From assembly GCA_052327205.1 (NCBI GenBank), contig CM126222.1:54436001-54500000 (forward strand): a stretch of DNA of 64,000 nucleotides. Reading direction: 5' to 3'. The translations under genes and the position numbers were made by a program. Each line of letters starts with the position of its first letter. Within the stretch, counting starts at the first letter, position 1. This DNA comes from Somniosus microcephalus (taxonomy: Eukaryota). The notes under the pieces are model-generated. The model was given only the letters and a program-made list of their open reading frames with translations. It searched no databases and was not told where the DNA came from. Positions 52,441-64,000 of this stretch are shown here, one piece after another.

Positions 52441-53264
52441 AGTTGTAACTGTTTGGCAAGTTCTCTCAGAGAATAAGGTTCAGCTGGGTTGTATTCCTTT
52501 CTTCACTTCATTACCTCTCTATTAACCGGCATTACAGTAAATACATTTTTCCTCATATTACATGATAGGCATCTTGAGTTTGATACTAAAGTTGCAAATG
52601 ACCTTCATACTCATAGGATTAGATGCATCTTACCTTGTAGTAATTTGAGTATATATGATCTGTTATGGTATAATGTTAGCGCAAAATTGCTGGCTCATTG
52701 CATGACTTCAAAGTCTCTGGCTTTGTCTCCACCTGCCAACTAAATTTCATGAAGTGATTGCCCTTGAAGCAGAAAACGCACTCGAAATGTGTGAACATTA
52801 TCTTGAGTGGATTTGAGTTTTGAATTGCAGTCTGGGGAAAAAGGATCACGTTAAAAATATTATACTTGTGTCCATCAACGTGTACCTAATGCCGGGCATC
52901 CCAAGTGGCTGAGGACTTGAGGTCATATGGTTGAGTCCCAGGACTATCTTTCACTCTTAACTTGCCTGCTTCAGTTGGGAAAATTTCATCAGCTTTCTCC
53001 TCGGCAACTAGCTAAAGCACAGCAAAATAATGAGGTATTCCATCTCACGGTGGAAAAAAAATGGACATAATTCATCTCAACTTACCGAATCATGCCTTTT
53101 CCTAGTCAATCACAGTGTAGCATCGTATACAGTGATGGAAAAGGTCACGGCCCAGTCAGTATCACCTTCCGGTTGGAGGATGCTTGGTAGTTGGTAAATT
53201 ACCTGGAAAAGGGGATGATGGGGAGACACATCAATGAAAACATAAGGTGAAAATCTGGAGATGA

Positions 53265-53432
<168 letters not shown>

Positions 53433-54339
53433 TAAGTGCATTATTTACTGTTTTAAAACTCCTTTTCCATGGTGCATTCAGGGCAATGCCAAGTACTCCA
53501 GATCAGGTGAAATTCTGGTCTGTCACGCTGTTTCACTCAGCCGAGAATTGTGGAATATTCTAATCGGATTTAACATGGAAATTAAGAAAAATAAGAACTC
53601 TCTCCTGGTATAATAGGTTTACGGTAAACAAGCAGCACTTGCAGTTCTAGAATATAGCCACCAGAAGCCAGACTTAAATGAAGGCACAAATACAGAATTC
53701 AGAAAATTCGGACTAAATCCATTCAAATACTGATTTCTGTTTAGGACAGCGGTCAGTTAGAACTCCTTACAATCCAACATAATGAATATACCTGAAGCAT
53801 TTTGGCAAAATACTCGCGGGCTGTTTAGCTCACTAACGGCTAAAGCACATGGTGGCAACCAGCAGCAAGCTGCTTCGGATTTATGTTGCCATTAGAGTCA
53901 GCACTAATGTTGGAGATGTGCACCACAAACCGATTTTTTTTTTTGGGGGGGCCACAACTCCCTTATCTCATTTCTGTTGCCAGTTTGCCAGAAATGCAGA
54001 TGCAATGTAACTGTAATTGACGACAGAGGCAAATTGGAATTGCTTTGGGACACGTCAGGTGGAATTCGTACTGCTTCTGAGCAGAGTTGAGCTGCGTTGG
54101 ACTGGTGTGCTGGTGTTTTCTGAACTGCTACTGGTTTACAAAGCAAGCTGAAATAAGGATCTAATTAACATAAGGATTTAGACATTTTATATAATTTGTG
54201 TTTTCTTTCTATTTTATGATGTCAGCAAGGTTTTCAGGACATTAGTTTGTTTCCATTAGATCCTCTATTCAAATCGCAAAAGGTTATAGGTATTTATTTC
54301 CAAATCGCATCTTAGCTTACCCACCCAGGAATCCCTACA

Positions 54340-54800
54340 GTTCCTCCATCATAGCATCGAATTGTTTCTTAATCGATTCCCGGGTTTTTGTCATCCTGAA
54401 GTCTGTTTCCTGCGTTGATCACAATTTTGTTTGATAAAGATCTTCCCAATAACAGTCTCAAATGTGTCTTTTACTAGTTTGAACCTGTGTCCCTTAGTCC
54501 TCCTCTCACAGTTTGAAGTCATTTTCTGCGTCAATCTTTTCCGTACCATTTACTATCGTATATACTTCTGTAAGATCACCTCTCTATCCACTCCTTCCCA
54601 GGCTTAACGTTTTCCCATTCTTTCCTCACACATCCATTTCCCGATGCTAGGGATCAGCCATGTGGCTCTTTTTCTGAACTGCCTCCTTGGCTTCAATGTC
54701 TCCCTTGTCCCCGAGTGAGCAGTACTGACACAGTACTCTAGGTGTGGTCTGACGAGCACACCATACAGTTTGAGCATGACTTCCACTGGTTCATGCTCTC
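54340..54800 (-). mobile_element. Degenerate CR1 3' fragment
   Basis: Minus ORF LYGVLVRPHLEYCV. Confidence 0.75.
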
Positions 54801-55614
54801 CTTTTTTGGCTATATAAATGTATCGTGTTGTAGGGCTTGCCACAATCCAAATGAGAAGTCATGCCGCCGCAAAAGAGTCAAGGGTGTTGTTTATTAGGTT
54901 ATTATTATATAAGTAATCCTCACGTTAACTCCTGATTGCACTGATTCAGGACTGCACGCCGTTTTTTCATTTAATTCAACTGCAGATTAAAGCCATCCTT
55001 TTCCTTCTCAGTACAAAGAAACAGATTGTAAGGCCATTTTCATTGCTAATTATTTTAATTGGCTTGACCACGAAATTTGTAAGCATTCCAATCTTAGAAA
55101 GTGATGGTACTTGTATTGGTGATTCAGAGTTAATACAGCGATGTGGCAATCCTCTGATGATTGCACCTCCGCCCATGTTATAGCTTGTTAGGTCGAATTC
55201 AAGATTATGAACTTTTACATTGCCAGATTAGTTCAAGAGTAAAATTGATTTGGCTAAAGTCTGCAGCGGAATCTGTAATGTACCACAAGCCCGACTCGGT
55301 TATACCAGTACAGAAACTCTCTTCTATTGTCATGGATTTTACTGATGTCAGAGAATGTAAACCAATACCAGGAATAGCAATAAAGTTTACTTTTGATCTA
55401 TGCTGCCAGGCAACAGGGATGTCAGTGCACTGAGCCTTCCTGCAGGTCTGGTTGAACAAACTGCAGAAGGGCGAAGGTCAACAGTTGTGTAAATGCTACA
55501 GACCTTGGTTCTTATCTCGGGCACACCTAGGATGAGAGCTAGAGTTGCTCCTTATACACTGCTGTTAAGAGCTGTTAATTCCAGCAATTTTTTCCTGAAG
55601 TTCTCTGAGTTAGT

Positions 55615-55848
55615 TGCCTAGATCCTAAGCTCTGGAATTCCCTCCCCAAACCTCTCCGTCTCTCTACCTCTCTTTCCTCCTTTAAGATGCTCCTTAAAAC
55701 CTACCTCTTTGACCAGCTGTTTGTCACCTTGTCCTAATGTCTCCTCCTGTGGCTCGGTGTCAAACTTTGCTTGCTAACGCTCCTGTGAAGCGCCTTGGGA
55801 CGTTTTACTACGTTAAAGGTGCTGTATAAATGCAAGTAGTTGTTGTTG
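55615..55848 (+). mobile_element. L2-type LINE 3' end
   Basis: Matches 43770-44003; tail AAATGCAAGTAGTTGTTGTTG. Confidence 0.85.
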
Positions 55849-57964
55849 AGTTGAGTTTTACAGATTTTCAGCTCCGACCAAGTGCTGAAACCTCATTTAT
55901 CTTGTTCAGCAGCAAGGATACCTCCTGACTAAAGAAATAACATCAATTTTGCCGCACAGCTTTCCAGTAACTGATCTGAGAGAGACCAGGATAAAACTTA
56001 ACCCACTGAAGGAGAGCGAGTTTAAACTGTCCTTGGTGGCGGCTGGTATTTGTATTTGCAGCCCCTGAAGCTGGAAGTCCATTGATCAGGTCATCCCCAA
56101 AATACATGACTTTTATTCCAGTTTACTGAGAACTACTGATAAATAGAATATTACCTGCAGTAATTTTGTCAGAACGTATTGTAATTAATCTCATCGTAAT
56201 AGCGAATTAATTTTTGCACTTTTGCACCTCTCATTACGATGGAAGCTTTGAACATACGCAATCTAAAATATGGAGCTTTATTTGCGAACAAATATTTAGA
56301 AGCGAAGCTAAGCTACTACAAACTTTTAAAAAAAAGTCTTTCACTCTTTCGGGAGTGAAAGACGTGTCCAGTGTGCTATTGGCACACTCATCACACTGCT
56401 AGATAATGCAACTTGGAAACAGTGACCAATCTTGCATAAAGCCCCCAGCACTGCAGAAGATAAAGCCATTGGTTACGCTGTGGTAGTGCTCATTATCACA
56501 AGGACTCATTATCATTCATTATCTGCGCAGGGATGGCATTCCCACACTGGAAGACCCTCTGTAATTGGACCTTTTCTGGTACAAATTGCCTCTCTTCCCC
56601 CCCACCACCCAGCGGGCTTATTTGCATAATTCCTTAAAGCTAGTCAGTAATGTGATTGGTGTATGCAATGTATCAAACTTACTGATTCAATGAAGGTAGT
56701 TCAATTTGTACAAAACGGCCAATCACATTAAAGCTGAACAAATGGTTTAGTTTCCCAGTAGGAGACTTTGTCAAAAGTAATAGTTTAGGGAAAACAAACC
56801 TCAGTAAGCATAAGACCACAGAATCTCAGTGACTAATTACTTTTTTTTTATTGTCAATAAATGCAATCTTGTTTGAGATTCTGAAAGAGCTTCCAACAGA
56901 TAGTGGTTTACAACTCTTGGGATCACTTTGAAATTATTTTCACAATATTTTGAATCAGGAAATTCTAAAACGTCTGTTTACCAAGTACAAAGGTAGTCTT
57001 TGACGGTCTCATTGGTGTTCATTGCACTTGGTCATAGCCACCTTATTAAAAGATTAGGACCAAAAAGTTGCAGATAATTTTAGTGTTGTATGACATCCAA
57101 CTCTTAGCTAGGCAACCTCATTTCTTGGGGCGGCTCTTCCGTTGTAGAGCCTTGGTAAGATTGAGCGCAGTATCAGAGATAGGGCTGCAATTTTGTAACG
57201 CTATCTTTCTGACCTGTGATCACCATTGGCGAGGCTCCACTTCTGGACTTGAGCCGTGGAAATTTATTCTCCCCAGTTTCAGCTGGCTTGAGTTTCTACT
57301 TAGGGTGCATTTTGCAGCCACAGTAAGGAGGGATAGGAAATCAAACTGGTTGGGGAGGGATCCCTTTTTGCGATGCTGGCACACCTACTGGCAATTCAAA
57401 CCATGATTATCCGATTGCTGGAATGTCTCGATCTCCCAGGCAACAGAGTTAACTTGGGGATGATCAGGCTAAATGTAGGGGAAAACAAATAGCTACAAAA
57501 CGGGCAAAAAGATTTCAATATCACATTTTTTTTCCAGACTGAATTGAAAAAATATGGTTCTGAATGACAGAAATTGGGATTTGCTCCAGTTGTGATCTGG
57601 GTCTGGTGCGCTTTGGAAAACTGTATCGCAATGAGTTAGAATTCTAAAAAAAAGTTTTAGCTGACGTAGAATGGGATAAAGTTTTAAAATAAACTTCCTT
57701 AAGTTCATCCCCTTCCCTCCAAGAGCAAGCGAACAAGCCAGGTTGGGTATCGCAAAACCAGAAAATAACCCCCAAACATGTCAGAAATTGAACTTTTACC
57801 TCTTGGATCTGCAGTTGAGTCCAGATCAGGCATGGGAGGTGAAAGTTTTAGCATTCTCTAATGGCTCTTAAGGATGTCAGTGAGCTGGATCTTCAATCAA
57901 CACAGCCTTAAAGCACAAAACCCACTTCTAGGCAAATGTTTGCCTCGAAATTCCTTTTATGCGA

Positions 57965-58448
57965 AAGCATGAAAATTGTGTGAACTGGGCAAACATTTGA
58001 TTAATAAGTGGTGGGACGCACTTACGTCTGGTGCACGCACCTTTTGCTTGTTCAGGGTTCCGTTGAAGTGGGGGCCAGGCAATTTATGTGCCTGGCCCCT
58101 TCTGTGTGGGTATCGGAGAAAGAGGCGAGTGACAGGATGGCACAATCTGCCTTTCTTGCCCCCACGTGTGCCAGGACCTGATCCCGGCAGACACGGGGGC
58201 ACATTTTAAGTTTCAGTGGATGGTTTTCCTACAGCAGTGGGTCGTAGAGCGATCAATTAAATAGATCTTGTAGCCGACAGAAACACCCACTTCCACTTAG
58301 CATTGAAAATGGTGCGGATGCCATCCCAAAATATGCTAATGCCCCTGATCCCAGGATTTGGGGCAAGGGTCAGGGTCGACGGAGTGCGTGAAAATTCTGC
58401 CCTACCCCAGATCTGTCCCCAGGAGGCAGTCACAGAACTTTCTAGGCC
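57965..58448. mobile_element. Harbinger-like MITE (degenerate)
   Basis: Right end TTTTCTAGGCC like the 33063 family TIR; left end unclear. Confidence 0.4.
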
Positions 58449-60409
58449 TTATAGTTTAAAGTAAAACCTGTTGTGCATTTTATTTTGACTCCAACATTCG
58501 GGAATGAATTCGGTTTGGTTCAACTCCAGAATTAAAATCATTGTTCTAATAACCATAGCATTAACTTGCGTGCTGTGTAGGTGAAACCTCTTCAGAGGTG
58601 GCCTTACGCTAGTATTTCTCTGAGGTGAGGGATGTGTGAACTCTTGCCCGTCCGTTAGTGTTTCAGGTTCGCCATGTGAGATAGACTAGCAGCACAGCGC
58701 TTTTCGGCACCTGCTCATATGCATTGATGCTCTTTAAGATGATACTAGCTGTGTGGCCTGTAATTTGAATTGTGAGACAATATGTAAAGGGGAGTACCTG
58801 TGAACTTTTATCAACCCTGTTACTTGGAGTGAACTCTGGTGTAGTCATGCTGAGTATTAATGTAGAAGTGCTTTATATGACTAATTGAAAACCTTATCTG
58901 GATGGCATGGCTATCCTTAACCAACTGAGTGAGTAGCGTGTTTCTGTGTAGCACTTTGCAGTCTTCCCAAAGGAAAGCCTGTCAGGATGAGCAAGCAGCT
59001 AGCTACAATAGTCTCCTTTTTGTTGTATTTCAGTAGTAATTTGTATTGGAGGCACAAAGAAGCCTGACCTGGAATATTCTGCCCAACCTGCTAATGGAGT
59101 GAACTCCTCGGAGACCTGCTCCAGAAAGTTGTATGATAGAGTAGCCTTTGAACTTTGGCCCTGGCGAGGGGAGATAAGAATGGGAAGTCTGCTTTTGTGA
59201 ATTCTAGTGGTATAGACTTGGTGAAAACCTAATAATTAAAATGTAATTGATTGCATTCAGTCTGGTGTTTCTGAGCCCTAGTTTATGTGGAGAGCTTGAA
59301 CCCTTTTGCCCTCAGCAGAAATAAAACTTCCTTCAAAGCAAAAGGTTTTTTTCCCAACAACAAAAAATCTCCCAGTGAGGACAAAAGATTCACTCTTGCA
59401 GTATCTGAATTAGAGCAGTCTAGATGTTAGTTTCAGGTCAGTTTTCAAATGAACATAACCAGTGATATATAACAAGTGATAGAATTTACCACCTACTGAG
59501 AGGTTATAGTGCTCGGTTGCCTGTTTTAACTTTTTTTTTAAGTAAATGCTTTAAGACTTTATTGTCTTCCTTATTATCCTTCAGTCTTTGACTTAACTTG
59601 AACTGGTCAGATTTTGATTCATGTATTTATATTCTCCAAAAAGAAGCAGGCAATTTTATAAATGCCAGGCACTTTTATATTGTTCTTTGGCCGCCGACTC
59701 CTGCAGCATGTTTCAGACGCAAGCAGCCGCCACATCAACATAAACCTGCTGTATTTATTTAGACCAGCAGCCAGGAAGACCCACACTTCACTGGACGGTT
59801 CTTGGCTGTCACTGGTCTTGCTGGAGTTACTGCTGCGGTGACAGTGAAGTGTTCTTCAGGTGGTCATGACATTATCTTGCACAGACGTGTCTATTATCTC
59901 CATATTGACACAATGACAAAGTCATTACTCTGGAAATTGGATTGCACTGTGTCTGTTTTTCAGGCAAAAAATGGGCTCTGAAGGCTCCAATACGGCATGT
60001 TGTGCGCGCGCGCATTCTGTGCCAGGTATGCGCTGCATGCTCTTCCCGAATGTAGTCTTACAGAGCGCCCACCTGAAACAGGTGTTATGCCCATTGACTA
60101 TGCAAATCGGGGGCATAATCCCTATTTCAGACTCCTTTTTGATATTGGACCGCGACTGGCCGCAGCCAGCGCCGAGGTCTTTACTCCAACCACACGGCAA
60201 CATCTGCCTACAACATAGTGAATATATCACTCACAGCACCATGATAAATTCCAAATCTTCCACTGGAAAGATTCAAACCATTTCTACATTCCAACATTTT
60301 ATAACAGCAACGCACCCAAGAACGCAATCGCTTTCGATAAGCATATGATGTAGTAAAAATAGTTTTTAAATTGAAGGGTATTGAACACTGAGATATAAAG
60401 CCTGCCACA

Positions 60410-60675
60410 AGGTAATTGGCAAAAGGACCAGAGGGGTGGTGAGGAGAATTTTTTTTACGTAGTGAGTTGCTATGGAAGGTACTGCCTGAAAGGGTATTGG
60501 AAGGAGATTCAGTAGTAACTTTCAAAAGGAATTGGATAAATATTTGAAGGACAAAAATTCAGGGGTATGGGGAAAAGAGCAGGGGAGCGGGACTGATAAG
60601 GTGGCTCTTTTAAAGAGCTAGCACAGGCACGATGGGTGGAATGGCCTCCTTCTGCGCTCGATGAATCTATGAAGT
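60410..60675 (+). mobile_element. CR1 3' fragment
   Basis: Reverse complement of the 9410 family; ends GAATGGCCTCCTTCTG. Confidence 0.8.
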
Positions 60676-62599
60676 GCTCAAATATCATTAACCTTCAGAA
60701 CCACTACAAAGCAAATACAACTGGGAAGAGTGGACTACACTAATGACAGAAATAAAATCAACAGACTGATACTGTATCAGTGAACTTACTCAAAATAGAG
60801 TTGCCAAATATTCAGTTAGCAACAGAATTGGAGAAAATAGTCATCGCAAAAGACTGAAATGATGAAATAATGCATGTGCATGGTTGTGTTGTGCAGATCA
60901 AGGTTGAACTTTGGGGGGACAGGAATGGATCATTATTCTGGAGTTCTGCTTGATTATCTTTGGGGACCTGGGAGCAATTTCCTTGAGGAAATTAAATGGG
61001 TGGGGTGGAGTCACTCCCGATCAGGCACATTGCGTGTGATCTGTGGAAGGAAAGGTTTGGCAAAAGCAAAACTGGACTTTTCTCATTCTATGCTTTCTTC
61101 TGTTCTTTTCCTTATTGCAAATTTAGTTTATGCAACAGCACAACATCAAGCAACGCCAACTAATGCTAAATACATTTAAGAGTTTGTAGCAGTCTGTAGC
61201 TGCAATGGTGAGCACTGGGCTTAAGACCAGAGGGTCAGAAGTTCAAATTCCAGGCTTGCTTGACGTTCTGACCGATTGCCCTGACTTGGTAGTTTTTGCT
61301 GATTATTAGCCAGACCACTAACTTGAATGATGTGCAACAGCAAAGTGGTGCATCTCACCTGACCAGTGCTACCCTGCAAAAGTGTGTCTCCTGTAAAATA
61401 ATCATGAGTGTGTAATAACAGTGGACATCGAGAAAGGTGCTATCCCAGCTAAACAAGTTAGAATGAGGGGGGGTGGGTGTGGAGGGAGAATGGGGACCTA
61501 AAAAGGGGGGAAACAAGTGTTGATACTGGCAAAGGAAGAGAAGTGAGATGATTTTCAGATCAAGCTGATTTCAATTTGCTTCATGTACTCCTTGTCATCA
61601 GCACTTCAATTTAGATCAGTGTTCCTGTATCTCGGAAGCAGCAGGGTTTGCATTTGTAGGTAGGAACGATGGGAGGTGTTATCTGAAAGATAATTACTCT
61701 GTTGGGATAGATGAAGTCAACACTTCCCTGATTTCTCACATCTGCTGGCATCAAAGTAATTGGAAAGCAAAGTGACAAACCCAGAGAGGGTAGGAAGGGA
61801 AGCTTCATGCAGCTCATTTAGGACCAAGTGGGGGAAGGGTGATATATGCGTCACAACATACTCCCTTCTGCTGCTGAACACGTATAAAACCCCTCAAGTC
61901 ATAAAGAATGTCATGTCTCCCCATGGAACTCTAGTTTGTAATTGAAGAGACAGGACAGTCAAATCCTATTTGACAAATTTTCTGTTTGACACCAAATATG
62001 TGTTCAGTTATCATGACCTAAGCCTTTCACTGATACTGTAGGAGCCAGGGAGTAGTGACTTGTTTGGATGTGACTTGACCCTTTTTCCAAGTAAGTGTTT
62101 TAATGTACTGGCTCTATTTCATGATCTTTGTATACAGGGCTTTTCAACCTCGAGCATTGCCGTTTTTGTGAAAATAGCTCACATTGCTGTACTATCCTCG
62201 GACTGTATTTTGTGAAGAATTGAAAAATCTGAAGAAAATAGTGTGTAAATCAGTGCCATTGTGGTTAAAAAAAAATGGTGTCAGGAACAATTAAAAATAA
62301 CTGGGGGAAACTATTTTCATGGTGGTATAAAACTGTAGGTTTACTCTGGTAAACTTTTGTACAGTCAATCAAGCCTTTTGTCTCCGTGGTGTTTTGTAAA
62401 CAAAGTATGTATAAATCAGATGTACATCAACTGAGACTTCAATTAGCAAAATGTGACTAATCACATGTACCAAAAATTAGGTGGACAATAATCCTTAAAC
62501 TTAACTTCAACATAGCCAAAAGGCAGCACTTTACCAAGAAGTGAATGGATGTAAAGCTGCAGCATCCATGTTGGACCAAGCTTTTGGTCACCTGTATAT

Positions 62600-63050
62600 G
62601 ATCATAAAATCATACAGCACAGAAAGAGGCCTTTCGACCCATCGTGCCCGTGCCGGCTCTTTGAAAGAGCTGTCCAATCAGTGCCGCTCCCCTGCTCTTT
62701 CCCCATAGCCCTGCAATTTTTTCCTCTTCAAGTATTCATCCAATTCCCTTTTGAAAGTTGCTATTGAATCTGCTTCCAGCACCTTTTCAGGCAGTGCATT
62801 CCAGATCATAACAACTTGCTGTGTAAAAAAAAAAAACCTCCTCTGGTTCTTTTGACAATGACCTTAAATCTATGTCCTTTGGTCACCAACCCTCCTGCCA
62901 GTGGAAACAGTTTCTCCCTCTTTTACTCAATCAAATCCCCTCATAATTTTGAACACCTCTATTAAATCTCCCCTTAATCGTCTCTGCTCTAAGAAGAACA
63001 ATCCCAGATACTCTAGTCTCTCCACATAACTGAAGTCCCTCATTCCTTTT
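62600..63050 (-). mobile_element. CR1 3' fragment
   Basis: ATCATACAGCACAGAAAGAGGCC..., similar to 9410-9810. Confidence 0.8.
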
Positions 63051-64000
63051 CCTTGGGCTGCTGAAAAGTAAAGGTGCCAGAATTACTTTTCATCCCCAGT
63101 GAACTTCTGATGGGAGGTAAAATGGCAAGTTCCATATGACCCTCAAAATACCACTGAAAGTGAAACTCTAGGATGTTGCACTGACCTCTAACAATCTTAT
63201 AAATTCAAATGAACTGATTATCATCTCTAGCTCGGGTTGATCTAGAAGTGACTCTCATGCTGCACACTCTGTCATCGAAAGATGCTAAGTACACAACCCG
63301 CGGAGTTACTTGTAAGATTTTGTTTCCGTATTGGTTACCTGTAAGCACCTGTGACGATCTGACTAATGCTTGGGTAAGTCAACTGTAGGTTCCATTAGAG
63401 CAGAGTTTATGGGCTGTCTTTGCTAATGATCCACCAACTTATAAAGTCCATGTTCTACACATAGCAGATCAGAATTGTGTAATTATTTCTTGCATTGTAA
63501 AATATGTTTAGATTGAATTTGGCCTGAAACATTTTGCTCTGAAGATATGCAGAGTTCATGTAGGTTTCTGAAGATTCACTGAGTGTACAATGAATTCAGT
63601 GCCATTCATTTTAATATTTAAGGTACTAATCGCAACAGTACCTGTGCTAAATGAACTTAAAATCATATAATAATGAATAAGAAAGCTACAATAAATAATG
63701 ATGTGAAGCTTAAGGAAGTAAGTAATTGGTCAAATTGAGAAATTACGAATACCTTGATTACCATCTTGCTGTAGAAACTGATTTTAACAATGTCTATCCT
63801 ATACAAATGACATTTGGGATGATGGTAGCTTATAAAAGTAATGTGGGGTTAAATATGAATCAGTTTCCACATTAGGAGTGTAAAAAAAAAAGAAAACATT
63901 AGCATTGGAAGACAGCCACCATACTCAACATCAATACTCCTTTTAGAAGGTTTAGAAATAATTTAGATTGTTTTTTTTTCCTGTATCAGCTTGTTGACAT

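Overview
Vertebrate nuclear DNA, most likely a shark or other cartilaginous fish (inferred from the SacSINE1-like Deu-SINEs and CR1/L2/RTE content). The window lies inside a + strand BAHCC1 (BAH domain and coiled-coil containing 1) orthologue. Eleven internal coding exons (4336 nt, about 1445 aa, all splice phases consistent) run from 7594 to 53431; the first exons and the C-terminal Tudor/BAH exons lie outside the window. One intron needs a GC donor. The introns are full of CR1, L2 and RTE LINEs, SINEs, and Tc1/mariner- and Harbinger-like MITEs. The most notable object is a very young full-length Gypsy LTR retrotransposon (28218-32780, LTRs 260/261 identical, TSD CAAGT) nested in an RTE LINE that itself sits in an older LINE. 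It has no tRNA primer-binding site; instead its PBS position is perfectly complementary (13 nt) to its own LTR, suggesting self-priming. Its RT motif is YLDN rather than YxDD, and its LTR is packed with STAT, ETS and nuclear-receptor motifs. Repeat boundaries are approximate unless TSDs/TIRs are quoted; family names come from recalled sequences, not database searches.
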